Source: Nibricoccus sp. (GTDB lineage Bacteria; Verrucomicrobiota; Verrucomicrobiia; Opitutales; Opitutaceae). Taken from it: a stretch of 64,000 bases of DNA. Below are positions 1 through 9,760 of this stretch, one piece after another. The translations under genes and the position numbers were made by a program. The stretch lies in NCBI GenBank assembly GCA_047602425.1, contig JASGHG010000001.1:2720001-2784000 (forward strand), in the 5' to 3' direction. Every line of letters begins with the position of its first letter. Positions within the stretch are counted from its first letter, which is position 1. The notes beneath the pieces are model-generated. The model was given only the letters and a program-made list of their open reading frames with translations, was not told where the DNA came from and made no database searches.

Positions 1-626
1 CAAATCCGGCTCTGGCCGAAGCGATGCACAGTTCGCCCGTGGTTCTCCACACGACCGAATATCGCAACAACATCGAGCTGGCTTTCACGGCCATGGCCGA
101 TGCGGCGGGAAAGATCATCGGCTATAAACGCACGGAAACCGAGGCGGACAAGGCGCGCAATTTCCTCAACTCCCGCGGCGTGCCTTTCACGCTCGCCCCT
201 GCACGGCCCAATGTGCCTCTCATGCTCGACGTGGCGGATCGCACGGTCACCGGTTTTGATACCAAGGCCTACGAGGTCGCCATTGCGCCGGCAGGATATC
301 CGAAGGCAGCGGACAAGGAAGCAATCAACTATCCGGTGGTAATCGTACTGCTCACGATTCTGATGACCTACGTCGCGATGGTTTACGGCCCGATCGCCGC
401 GTTTTTGGTCGAGCTTTTCCCGACGCACATTCGCTACACTTCAATGTCGCTGCCGTATCATATCGGTAACGGCTGGTTCGGTGGTTTCCTGCCACTGATC
501 GCCGCCTCGGTGGTGGTTTTCACCGGCGACATCTACGCCGGCCTGTGGTATCCCATCGGCGTCGCTTTCGTAGGCTTCCTCATCGGACTTGTCGCATTGC
601 CCGAAACGAAAGACAACGACCTCTGA
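1..626 (+). CDS. MFS transporter (metabolite:H+ symporter type), C-terminal part; 5' end lies outside the window
   Basis: Frame open from base 3. Motifs 'MVYGPIAAFLVELFPTHIRYTSMSLPYHIGNGWFGG' and terminal 'LPET' are typical of MHS-type MFS helices 10-12. Confidence 0.9.
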   Translation, partial: NPALAEAMHSSPVVLHTTEYRNNIELAFTAMADAAGKIIGYKRTETEADKARNFLNSRGVPFTLAPARPNVPLMLDVADRTVTGFDTKAYEVAIAPAGYPKAADKEAINYPVVIVLLTILMTYVAMVYGPIAAFLVELFPTHIRYTSMSLPYHIGNGWFGGFLPLIAASVVVFTGDIYAGLWYPIGVAFVGFLIGLVALPETKDNDL

Positions 627-766
627 GCGGCCGGGCTGCCGAGGGCTTTGCTGGTTGAGCGGCCCTCGCGTGTCGCTGGTGATCTTTGTCGACTGCTCTA
701 CGTCGATCAGGTTACCAGCGGCAATCGTTTGCGAAGGGATTTGTGGACGGAAACATGGTTAGGATC

Positions 767-1318
767 TTAACAATATTTGGATTTAACCGGCGTTAGTCTG
801 AGATGTTTCCGATAAATGAAGATGAAGCTCAATCCGGCGACGAGAGGTATAATCGCGCCGACGGAAATTCCCTTGAAGGAAACGTCACCAACCGGGTAAA
901 TCGCAGACTTCCAAATTTGCGAGTACCGGACGGGTACTTGACGATTTTCCCCCGCATCGGCGCGTGATATCCCAACATCGGTGAAATAGCCCAGGGATTC
1001 CCTATTTTCGTTATAAAGAAAGCCATTGGTGCCATAGTACTCGACCATTTGCCGGCCGCCCGGCCCGTATTTTTGTCCCCCGCGAACGATCAGTTGTTTG
1101 CGAAACAAGTGGGTATCGGCTGGTTCGAAATATCCCGGTGCGAAACTGAATCCAAAAATCACAATACCTAAGCTTAAGAGAATAAGAAGGCCACCGATGC
1201 CGAGGACGAACCAGCGGGCGATGTATTGTGATTCAAAGATGATGCCTTCCTTGGAATAGACAGCTGAAGTATCGACCGAAGCGGTTTCTCTCTTCTTTCG
1301 TTTAAACCGTGGTGACAT
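767..1318 (-). CDS. Hypothetical membrane protein (two TM helices flanking a soluble domain; DUF3592-like topology)
   Basis: 183-aa ORF with two hydrophobic segments; visibly AT-richer than its neighbours; start uncertain. Confidence 0.55.
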   Translation of the reverse strand: MSPRFKRKKRETASVDTSAVYSKEGIIFESQYIARWFVLGIGGLLILLSLGIVIFGFSFAPGYFEPADTHLFRKQLIVRGGQKYGPGGRQMVEYYGTNGFLYNENRESLGYFTDVGISRADAGENRQVPVRYSQIWKSAIYPVGDVSFKGISVGAIIPLVAGLSFIFIYRKHLRLTPVKSKYC

Positions 1319-1427
1319 TGGCGTTCGGGACTATGGATGGACGCCCGAATGATGGGCTCTCCAGAGAAATTGAGATGATCCGAGTTTGTGAAGCCGTGGT
1401 CCCGCCGAAAGCTTATTTTATTCAACT

Positions 1428-1461
1428 AAAAAGCGGGTCCGGAAAATTTCCGGACCCGCTT
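1428..1461 (-). terminator. Rho-independent terminator after amt
   Basis: Perfect inverted repeat AAGCGGGTCCGGAAA-A-TTTCCGGACCCGCTT, with a U-run on the minus strand. Confidence 0.85.
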
Positions 1462-1494
1462 GAAAGCGACAAACCGATCGTAGGCGGTAAGGGT

Positions 1495-2931
1495 TTACTC
1501 GATGATATAGCCCTCTTCGCCGTGTTCGGCGACGTCGAGTCCTTGCGATTCGTCTTCTTCGCTGACGCGGAGGCTGCCGAAGGCGTAGGCGACCAGTTTC
1601 GCGATCACGAGGGTAGCGACCACCGACCAGACGAGCACGAGGCCACCGGCTTTGATTTGTTCGAGCCAAAGCTTGTGATGAGCGATGGCTCCGACACCGG
1701 GATGAACCGAACTCGTGGCAAAGATACCAGCGAAGATTGTGCCGATCGTGCCACCGACGGCATGCACGCCGAAGGTGTCGAGCGAGTCGTCGTATTTAAA
1801 TTTTGCTTTGAGAAAATTACAGGCGCCAAACGTGGCGGCGCCGGCCACAAGTCCAATGAGAACGGCGTTGCCTGCGGTGACAAAGCCACTCGCCGGCGTG
1901 ATGGTAGCCAGGCCCGCGACCGCGCCTGAGCAGAAGCCGAGCACCGAAGGTTTGCCGCGATGGAGGTATTCGAGGAACGGCCAGGTGAAGCAGCCTGCGG
2001 CGGCGGCGAGCGTGGTTGTGACAAACGCGTTGACCGCGATGCCGTCGGCGGCAACGGCGCTGCCGGCATTGAAGCCATACCAGCCGGCCCAGAGCATGCC
2101 GGTGCCGGTCATACAGAAGACCATGCTGTGCGGCGGCATGGGTTCGCGGCCGTGGCCCATGCGTTTGCCGAGCACGATGCAGAGCGCGAGCGCGCTCCAA
2201 CCCGAAGTCATGTGGACAACGATGCCGCCGGCGAAATCGATAGCCTTGATTCCTGCGTTGGGATTGAGCAGACCGCTCATCCAACCGTCGACGCCCCAAA
2301 CCATGTGCGCGACCGGGAAGTAGACAACAAACATCCAGATAACGCTAAAAAGCATCACGGCTTTGAACTTCATGCGCTCGGCGATGGCGCCGATGGTGAG
2401 CGCCGGCGTGATGATGGCGAACATCAGCTGATAAACCATGAAGAGACTGTGCGGCACCCAGTTTGCATAGTCGCGATTGGGCTCGATGCCGACGCCGCGC
2501 AGAAAGCTGAAGTTCCAATTGCCGATAATGCCGTTGCCACGCGAGAACGTCAGACTGTATCCAAAAGCCCACCACAAAATCGTGACGATGCCGGCGAGGC
2601 CGAGGCATTGCGCGAGAATGGAGAGGACGTTTTTGCGCCGCACAAGGCCGCCATAGAAAAGAGCGAGGCCGGGCAACGTCATGAAAAGCACGAGCGCGGC
2701 GCTGGTCATCATCCATGCGCTGTGGCCGGGGCCGCCATTCGGAATTTTCGACACGGCCTGACCGTCCGTGACGCGGGCCGTGTTATTGACGTACGCTTCG
2801 AGATCGCCGAGTCGCTGCTCCGTTGTCGGTGCCGGAAGCGTAGAGGCCGGTGCAGTTTCTGCCGCGGCGCGTTGAAGAGGAACGATGAAGCCTGTCCAGG
2901 CCACAACGAGGATGCTGAGGATTTTTTTCAT
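1495..2931 (-). CDS. amtB: Ammonium transporter (Amt family) with signal peptide
   Basis: Motifs 'PGLALFYGGLVR', 'DFAGGIVVH', 'GWYGFNAGS', 'DDSLDTFGVH', 'GLDVAEHGE'. Start set at MKKILS (2931). Confidence 0.95.
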   Translation of the reverse strand: MKKILSILVVAWTGFIVPLQRAAAETAPASTLPAPTTEQRLGDLEAYVNNTARVTDGQAVSKIPNGGPGHSAWMMTSAALVLFMTLPGLALFYGGLVRRKNVLSILAQCLGLAGIVTILWWAFGYSLTFSRGNGIIGNWNFSFLRGVGIEPNRDYANWVPHSLFMVYQLMFAIITPALTIGAIAERMKFKAVMLFSVIWMFVVYFPVAHMVWGVDGWMSGLLNPNAGIKAIDFAGGIVVHMTSGWSALALCIVLGKRMGHGREPMPPHSMVFCMTGTGMLWAGWYGFNAGSAVAADGIAVNAFVTTTLAAAAGCFTWPFLEYLHRGKPSVLGFCSGAVAGLATITPASGFVTAGNAVLIGLVAGAATFGACNFLKAKFKYDDSLDTFGVHAVGGTIGTIFAGIFATSSVHPGVGAIAHHKLWLEQIKAGGLVLVWSVVATLVIAKLVAYAFGSLRVSEEDESQGLDVAEHGEEGYIIE

Positions 2932-2942
2932 AAGACGCCCGT

Positions 2943-2969
2943 AACGTTGGTTCGTCGGGCTGCGTTTCA
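2943..2969 (-). promoter_or_regulatory. Putative ECF-sigma promoter upstream of amt (TGAAAC-N17-CGTT)
   Basis: Motif read on the minus strand, ending 11 nt before the ATG; the same pattern recurs elsewhere in the window. Confidence 0.4.
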
Positions 2970-3331
2970 GCGGCACACGCTTGCGCCTTTGTGGATTGCA
3001 GGCGGTTTGGGAGCGTGGCGAGCTGGCGTCAGCCCTGTCCAGATACGGGAACTTGTGAGGCTAGCGCCGAAAAAGCGGATGAATAGCCTTTATCCAATGA
3101 AACGTTTTCATGGTGGCCCCAGCATCGATAGCGCTAAGATGCAAAGATCGTTAATATATATTTATAAAGGAGTAATGACGTGCCTGAAATCTTTTCACGA
3201 AGATGATGCGCCATATAAATGACAACCTCGCACTGGCCTAAAAATCCCGCAACCAGAAGGCCGCGACCGGAAATTCATGTTCCTTATTGGTCTGAGTTTG
3301 CATTCACTCTTTCCATAATTTTCTCGTTCTT

Positions 3332-4348
3332 GTGTCCGCAAAAATAGATCCACGCATTCTCGAAAGACTCCGACGGCTCCTTTGCAGTCTGCAGGACCAC
3401 ATTCGCGACGCTGTGATCGCGTCGCGCCGCGCGCATGCCAAGTCGTTTGCGAAAATCGTTGCGGTGACCGAGGCCGACACGATTTACCAAATCGATAAAA
3501 TCAGCGAGGCGGCGATTTTGAGCTGGTTCAAAAAAAACTGGCCGCGCACGTTGCCGGTAGAGCTGGTGATGGAGGGAATCGAGGATGGGGAAGAAGTGAC
3601 ATTTCCGCGCGGCACACCTGTCGAAAAGACCGCTTGGAAATGCATTTTGGATCCAATCGACGGCACTCGCTGTATTATGTACGACAAACGCAGTGCCTGG
3701 TCGCTGGGCGGCATCGCGCCGCAACGCGGGCCGAAGACGGAGCTTGCCGACATCGTTGTGGCGGCGATGACTGAGCTGCCCACGACGAAGCAGGCGCGCT
3801 CGGATCAATTCAGCGCCTTTCGCGGAGGAAAGCTACGCGCTATCGCCAAAAATCTTGCGACCGCCAGGGCGAATTCGTTGGCCATTCGTCCATCGCAAGC
3901 GCGGGATTTCAAGCACGGTTTTGCCTCTTTCTCCCGGTTTTTTCCCGACGGTCGTGCGCTCACCTCGCAGATCGAGGAAGCGCTCTGGCGCGAATTGCAT
4001 GCGGGTGAGCACGGGACGACGCCTTTGATTTTCGACGACCAATATATTTCGACCGGCGGACAGCTGCATGAATTGCTGACCGGGCGCGATCGCTTTGTCG
4101 GTGAGATTCGCCCATTGGTTTTCAAGAAACTCGGGATTGAGTCATCGCTGGTATGTCATCCCTACGACCTTTGCACGGCCCTGCTTTTGGAGGTGGCGGG
4201 TGGAGTGGTCGAGGCGCCTTTGGGTGGCGCGGTGCGCGCGCCTCTCGATACGACAAGTCCGGTCGCCTGGGTGGGCTACGCCAATCCAAAGCTGGCGAAA
4301 CTGCTGCGGCCTGTTTTGCACAACGTCCTGCGGGAATTTTTGGGATAA
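3332..4348 (+). CDS. Inositol monophosphatase / FIG superfamily phosphatase
   Basis: 'ILDPIDGT' metal-binding motif, upstream 'ME' and 'ID' motifs, C-terminal 'HPYD...EVAGG'. Confidence 0.85.
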   Translation: MSAKIDPRILERLRRLLCSLQDHIRDAVIASRRAHAKSFAKIVAVTEADTIYQIDKISEAAILSWFKKNWPRTLPVELVMEGIEDGEEVTFPRGTPVEKTAWKCILDPIDGTRCIMYDKRSAWSLGGIAPQRGPKTELADIVVAAMTELPTTKQARSDQFSAFRGGKLRAIAKNLATARANSLAIRPSQARDFKHGFASFSRFFPDGRALTSQIEEALWRELHAGEHGTTPLIFDDQYISTGGQLHELLTGRDRFVGEIRPLVFKKLGIESSLVCHPYDLCTALLLEVAGGVVEAPLGGAVRAPLDTTSPVAWVGYANPKLAKLLRPVLHNVLREFLG

Positions 4349-4588
4349 AATATTAGTAGACCCATTTGTTTTTTTCGCACGCTGTCGTGGGGTGGAGGCG
4401 GTGAACTGGCATCGGGCAAAGCCCTTGTTTTTGGCTTTTTTCAAAAATACTTACATAAGTTTCAGTATGGCAGTGGTTAAATTGCTAACATGATTGGCGG
4501 TACGGTCGCGTTTTTCACCAATCGCTTACCTACTTTTGGTTCGAACGGGTCGATAAAATAGGTGTCGATAGAGCCCATCAAGAAAGCC

Positions 4589-5242
4589 ATGAAACCCCTC
4601 TTCGTCGCGATCTCTTTTGTTTGTCTGGCGCCGCTGGCTTTTGCCGAACAAACGCCACAGGTGAAAAAGAAGGTGGGCGTGGCTTCAGTTCGAACGACCA
4701 AAGTCGAAGTGGCCAAACCGGAAGCGAGGCCCGCTCTTAACACCGCTGGGCGCTCGATCATGAGACTGAGCGAAGATGTGGATGTGCGGGGTCGCCCATG
4801 CAAGAGAGGTTGGTTGAAGCTACACTCGAACGGTATGCCCTCTTCGTTTACCGCCTCGTCGGAACTTGAGTTTGGAAAACTGAAAGTTCCGGCCGACACC
4901 TGGGTGATGCAGGATGAAAAAGGTCTTGTGGTGGCGTGTGCCTTGCCGCGCGATATGGAGATCCAAGGCGTGCTTTGCCGTGGAACGGGTGGCGCGAAGG
5001 GCGTGCAAATCGAAGTATATCCAAGCGGCGCGCTGAAGCGGGCCTTTTTAGCGAAGGATACTGTTATTCAAGGCGTGCCCTGCGCGTCGGGACTTGTTTC
5101 GGGAATGGTGGAATTCCACGAGGACGGCCAGCTCAAGAGCTGCAAATTAAGCGATGCCCATACGTACGCTGGCGTTGCTTACAAGAAGGGCGCACGGCTT
5201 GAGTTGCCAGCGGTGGACGGCGAAGCCATTGCGGCGAAGTGA
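4589..5242 (+). CDS. Exported hypothetical protein with MORN/YwqK-like beta-hairpin repeats
   Basis: Signal peptide MKPLF...AFA; repeated 'YPSGALK', 'FHEDGQLK', 'IQGVxC' units. Confidence 0.65.
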   Translation: MKPLFVAISFVCLAPLAFAEQTPQVKKKVGVASVRTTKVEVAKPEARPALNTAGRSIMRLSEDVDVRGRPCKRGWLKLHSNGMPSSFTASSELEFGKLKVPADTWVMQDEKGLVVACALPRDMEIQGVLCRGTGGAKGVQIEVYPSGALKRAFLAKDTVIQGVPCASGLVSGMVEFHEDGQLKSCKLSDAHTYAGVAYKKGARLELPAVDGEAIAAK

Positions 5243-5333
5243 GAAGTAGGCAAGCGCGTGGCGTTTTTTGCCTTACTGACGACTTTCTTTTTTCCCAATA
5301 AGAAAAACGCAAGGGGCGGGATCTAGTGATTTC

Positions 5334-5939
5334 CTACGAAGGAATTGTTTCGCGGAGAAAAGGCGTCAGCTCTGCTTTGAGGTATTGACGAGCTCGATAC
5401 AGACGGGTTTCGACGCCGCGCTCTGAGCAACCGGTGATGCGGCCGATTTCGCGATAGCAGAGATGTTCGTAGTGGTGAAGGAGCAGCGTGGTTTTGAGAT
5501 CGTGCGGCAGACGATCGATTGCGGTCGCGAGGGCGCTGAGCGCTTCAGAATGTTCCAATGTGCGATCCGGCGGCGGACCGTCATGGGCAATTTGCTGAGC
5601 CGGGGCAAAAGTGTTGGAGTTTGCGGATGGTTCGGTCGCATCCAGGCTGACCGAGGGATGACGTTTCCGCCAGCGGTGATGGTTGTGACAAAGGTTGGCG
5701 AGGATCGTGAAAAGCCAGGCGGAAAGGCGGGTGTCTTCGGCGAGACGCTTGTGTTGCTGATAGAGGCGAACGAAAACTTCGGCCACCAAGTCGTGAGCGT
5801 CGGTGGAGTTGTGCAGATAACGCCAGGCGAAGGCGAAGAGCGGTTTTTGCCAGCGCAGCATCAAGCGGTTCAGAGCGGTGTCATCACCGGTCTGGAGCGC
5901 GTGAAGATCGGCGCTGTCGTTGTCGGGGTTTTGAGTCAC
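5334..5939 (-). CDS. ECF sigma-70 factor
   Basis: Sigma2 'DAHDLVAEVF...AWLFTILANLC'; sigma4 'YREIGRITGCSERGVETRLYRAR'. Confidence 0.93.
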   Translation of the reverse strand: MTQNPDNDSADLHALQTGDDTALNRLMLRWQKPLFAFAWRYLHNSTDAHDLVAEVFVRLYQQHKRLAEDTRLSAWLFTILANLCHNHHRWRKRHPSVSLDATEPSANSNTFAPAQQIAHDGPPPDRTLEHSEALSALATAIDRLPHDLKTTLLLHHYEHLCYREIGRITGCSERGVETRLYRARQYLKAELTPFLRETIPS

Positions 5940-5960
5940 TGAAGGGGCGCTGCCCGTCTT

Positions 5961-6662
5961 CTAGAGAGAGCCGCTGCCGGGATTTTTGAAAGCTGGATTG
6001 AGGAGTTGGAGATACTGCTGCCGTTGCTGCGGGGTCATGACATCGGATGCCTCGGCGATCAATTTACGCGTGGATTCGGTGCATTCGCGATCGAGGCGGC
6101 GACGCTGTTCGACGTAACTGGCAAATTCGAGGAAATCGACCTGGCCGGCGGTTTGGCGGGTTTGTTCGAAGGACGCAAAGGCCTGTTGCATTTGCGAAAC
6201 CTTGTTTGCGAGAGCGATCAACCGAGGACTGAGTTGCTCGTGGACACTGCGAATGCGGGTCAATTGATCGTCGTTCAATTGCAGATCGGTTTTCATCCAC
6301 GCGAGAAGTGCGTCGAGGTTCGCGTTGCTCTGTTCGATGGAAGGGCCTCCATGAGATTCGAGCAAGGGGTCAATGAGCCGGAGATAACTTTGCGCCAGCT
6401 GGACGTTGCGTTGGGCGTGTTGCTGCGAAGTGCGCAGTTGAAATAGGAAAAGACCGAGCAGGACGCAGGTCGCCGCAAAGGCGATGCTGAAGGAGGGCCG
6501 GGAGAAAACGGTTTTCAGGCGATCGAGCCAACTGGGAGCGTCGTCGGGGTTGTCGGCCACGGCGATGCGACGCCAAACTTCAGGTTCGAGGTGCTCAGGT
6601 CCGGGCGTGCCCTTTCCCCATTGGTCGAGCAAGGTATCGAGCGGATCTTTGGGCGCTTGCAT
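5961..6662 (-). CDS. Probable anti-sigma factor fused to a periplasmic heavy-metal-sensor / Spy-CpxP-like helical domain
   Basis: N-terminal 'LDTLLDQW...VWRRIA', one TM helix, then 'WMKTDLQLNDDQ...MTPQQRQQY'. Ends 21 nt upstream of the sigma gene. Confidence 0.7.
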   Translation of the reverse strand: MQAPKDPLDTLLDQWGKGTPGPEHLEPEVWRRIAVADNPDDAPSWLDRLKTVFSRPSFSIAFAATCVLLGLFLFQLRTSQQHAQRNVQLAQSYLRLIDPLLESHGGPSIEQSNANLDALLAWMKTDLQLNDDQLTRIRSVHEQLSPRLIALANKVSQMQQAFASFEQTRQTAGQVDFLEFASYVEQRRRLDRECTESTRKLIAEASDVMTPQQRQQYLQLLNPAFKNPGSGSL

Positions 6663-7023
6663 GGGTTTGGCGGGTTGAAAAGGTTTGGAATAGAACGGCT
6701 GGGCGACAAAGAAAAACGGTTTATGCCGCAAGGAGCGTAACACCAATGACGGGGAAAGCCCTTCAAAAATTTCTGTCTTGGAGATCTGCAGCAACGACCA
6801 GGAAAAAACGCTATTTCACGCCACGCCGGTTGCCGGTCGCTCGCGATTTGAGCGGGAGGAAGGCTGAACTGTTTGTCATTTAATAGATGACAAACGGTTT
6901 TCTTCCCGATGCAGCCATTCGCGCGACTGGTGGTGGTGTGTGCGCGCATACCAACGCTGGACGGCGAACGGGGCGGCGCGATCGTTGGGCGAGGCGAATG
7001 GGCGAGCGCGGCGTGTTTTGCGC

Positions 7024-8421
7024 TTAGTTGTAGAGCCAGAATTGGCGCGTTTGCAAATGATAGAGTTGGTCGCGCTGCTGCCAGAGCTGGATGTAGGACT
7101 CGACGTTGACCTTGGCGCCGTCGCGGCGAATGGCGTTCCACCATTCGGTGGAACCGGTGTGGATGTTGAAGCTGCGGGAATCCTTGGCGTTGGCTCTGGC
7201 GAATGGGTTGGAATTAGTGAGCTTGCAGGCGAGACGCATCAGATGGAAGCTGAGCTCCGTGGGACGCCAGGCGGCCCAATCGATCACCTCAATGTAGATG
7301 CCGTAAGCGGGACGGCCCTGTTTGTCGGTGACAGTGATTTTGCGGAAGGCGAGGCCCGGGATACGCAAGACCTCAAGTTCGCGCAGGAGAGTGTCCGTGG
7401 GCAGGCCATTGAACGAGATGCCGCGAAAGGGGAATTGTTCGCCAACGCCGTGCTTGAAGCCGCCGATCTGACAGCCGAGTCCGGTCATGGCGTAACCGAT
7501 GACGGCGGGAAAATCTTGGATCTTGGGCGAGGTTGCGGTGTAGCGGAGCCCGGTCTCGGGCCAGCGCATGCTGCGACGCCAGCCTTTCATGGGAATGATG
7601 GTAAGGCGTCCGCGACGGCGCGTGTTCTCGTCGACATTGAGCATGCCGGGCGTCGACGCAGCCATGCGTGCGATTTCGCCAATGGTGAGGCCGTGGACGT
7701 AAGGGATGGGGTAGGCGCCAACGCCGGAGCCCATCCATTCGCGATCGAGGATGGGGCCATCGACTTTAAAACCGCCGAGAGGATTGGGCCGGTCGAGGAC
7801 GAACACAGGGACGTTGTTTTCGAAACAAGCTTCAATCGCGTACTTCATGCAGACATTGTAGGTATAGGAGCGCACGCCGATGTCCTGGAGGTCGATGACG
7901 AGGACATCGACGCCCTTGAGCTGCTCCTTTGTCGGTTTGTTGTGTTTCCCGTAGAGCGAGTAAGCGGGCAGGCCGGTACGACGGTCTATGGTGTCGGGGA
8001 TGTTTTCGCCGGCGGGGGTGTCGCCATAGATGCCATGTTCCGGTCCGAAGAGCGCGACGAGTTTCAGGTTTGTCGCCTTGCGAAGGATTTCGACGGTAGG
8101 AACACCGAACCGGTTGACACCGGCAGGGTGGGTGAGGAGTCCGACGCGTTTGCCGGCGAGAGGAGCGAAGTTGTCGGCAGCGAGTGTGTCGATGCCGAGC
8201 ATGACCGGGAAAATCAGCTCAAACTTTGGCGGCGTGAAGGAAGGCAGCGCGGGAATGGAGGTGACAGGCTTTTTGCCGTCCGCCGTTGCTGCGCCGGTCT
8301 TGGGGACGGTTTTTGGCGACGCGCTTTTTTTCGCGTTTGGATCGGAACTGCAGGCGGCGAGCACGAACAGCAGAAAAAACGGCAACAGAGAAACAACGAA
8401 GGTGCGAAGAAAGCGGCGCAT
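7024..8421 (-). CDS. namZ: Exo-beta-N-acetylmuramidase NamZ family (DUF1343) lipoprotein
   Basis: Lipobox LAAC; motifs 'LFGPEHG', 'DLQDIGVRSYTY', 'VLDRPNPLGG', 'HGLTIGE'. Confidence 0.9.
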   Translation of the reverse strand: MRRFLRTFVVSLLPFFLLFVLAACSSDPNAKKSASPKTVPKTGAATADGKKPVTSIPALPSFTPPKFELIFPVMLGIDTLAADNFAPLAGKRVGLLTHPAGVNRFGVPTVEILRKATNLKLVALFGPEHGIYGDTPAGENIPDTIDRRTGLPAYSLYGKHNKPTKEQLKGVDVLVIDLQDIGVRSYTYNVCMKYAIEACFENNVPVFVLDRPNPLGGFKVDGPILDREWMGSGVGAYPIPYVHGLTIGEIARMAASTPGMLNVDENTRRRGRLTIIPMKGWRRSMRWPETGLRYTATSPKIQDFPAVIGYAMTGLGCQIGGFKHGVGEQFPFRGISFNGLPTDTLLRELEVLRIPGLAFRKITVTDKQGRPAYGIYIEVIDWAAWRPTELSFHLMRLACKLTNSNPFARANAKDSRSFNIHTGSTEWWNAIRRDGAKVNVESYIQLWQQRDQLYHLQTRQFWLYN

Positions 8422-8492
8422 TCAGTTTTCGAATGTGGGCAACCACGGGGGCTCGTCGAGTGAGAAGCGCCGGAGTGGGGGAAGAATTTTCT

Positions 8493-9653
8493 TTAAAGCG
8501 CGTGCTGGATGGCGCGCGTCAAGTGAGTGCGCGCTTCACGCAAGGCGCGATCGAGTGGCACATCGGTTGGGGTGATCTCGTGCAGCGTGAGCAAGTCGTG
8601 CGCGGTGGAGGAGGCGATGAGGCCGGCGAAAAGCTGCACGCGTTTTCGGACAGCGAGGGCCTTGGTCAGGAGCGCGCCGGGGCCCTTGCCGCCGAGCGAC
8701 GTCGAATCGAAACGACCTTCGCCGGTGATGACGAGGTCGGCCTGCGCGAGTCGCGTGTCGAGGTCGATGGAGTCGGAAACAAAAGTGAAACCAGGCAACA
8801 GTTTGGCTCGGGCTGCGCAAACCAGGCCAAACGCGATGCCGCCTGCTGCACCCGAGCCTGGAGCATTGGGCAGGGTGAGTGGTTGGTGACAATGAGCGCA
8901 AAGCAGGTGGGCCATGCGTTCACTTGCGGTTTCCAACGCATTGAGTTCATCGGTGTGCAGGCCCTTTTGCGGCGCGAAGACGGCGGCGGCGCCTTTTGGA
9001 CCAAGCAAAGGGTTTGTAACGTCGCAGGCGATATGGATAGGGGGCAGCGTTGCGGGCACGGCACCTTCGATGCGAACAACTTGTTCCCAGCGCGACGGTG
9101 TGGGCGGCCGCAACGGAGTGCCGGTGGCATCGTGGAATTCGAAACCGAGGGCCGTGAGCGCGCCGACACCGAGGTCATGGGTCGCGCTGCCGCCGACGCC
9201 GAGGACGATGGATTTTGCGCCGAGTTCCGCTGCGGCTTTGATGAGCTGGCCGGTGCCGCGTGAAGTGGTTTCCCAGGGATTGCGCTGACCGGGCGGCAGG
9301 AGAGCCAGACCGCTGGCGGTCGCCATTTCGACGATGGCGAGAGTGCTTTCGGCGTCCGAGTCCGGGGAAAATTCGAGTTGGCTCAGTGCGGCGGTTGGTA
9401 TCCGACTTTTGGGTACAAAGGTGAGGCCGGCATCGACGAGTCCGCCGCGGGGGCCGGTGACCTGGCGGGCCACGCGCTGGCCGCCGAGGGCGGAGTGGAG
9501 GACATTTTCGAAACCATCCCCGCCATCGCTCAGCGGGCAGAGGTCAAGTTGCCATTCGGGATGTTTTTCGCCGAGCGCACGGGCGGCGGTCTCGCACGCT
9601 TCGGAGGCGGTGAGCGCATCCTTGAACTTGTCGAAAGCGACGAGCACGCGCAT
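8493..9653 (-). CDS. Glycerate kinase (GlxK/GarK family)
   Basis: Motifs 'DKFKDAL', 'PLSDGGDG', 'GVGGSATHD', 'GSGAAGG', 'ITGEGRFD'. Confidence 0.92.
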   Translation of the reverse strand: MRVLVAFDKFKDALTASEACETAARALGEKHPEWQLDLCPLSDGGDGFENVLHSALGGQRVARQVTGPRGGLVDAGLTFVPKSRIPTAALSQLEFSPDSDAESTLAIVEMATASGLALLPPGQRNPWETTSRGTGQLIKAAAELGAKSIVLGVGGSATHDLGVGALTALGFEFHDATGTPLRPPTPSRWEQVVRIEGAVPATLPPIHIACDVTNPLLGPKGAAAVFAPQKGLHTDELNALETASERMAHLLCAHCHQPLTLPNAPGSGAAGGIAFGLVCAARAKLLPGFTFVSDSIDLDTRLAQADLVITGEGRFDSTSLGGKGPGALLTKALAVRKRVQLFAGLIASSTAHDLLTLHEITPTDVPLDRALREARTHLTRAIQHAL

Positions 9654-9760
9654 GGAGCTAGTCTGTGGAGGTGCGGGTGAGATTAAAGCGAAAAACGGGA
9701 GGATTCGTTTCAATTGGGAATATACTCGGCAGGCGGGTGGTGGAAGGTTTGGCTCCGTGC

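Noticed and set aside
2971..2984. Sigma54-like CGGCAC...TTGC upstream of amt
   Set aside because: GG-to-GC spacing is 9 rather than 10 nt, and it is on the strand opposite to amt.
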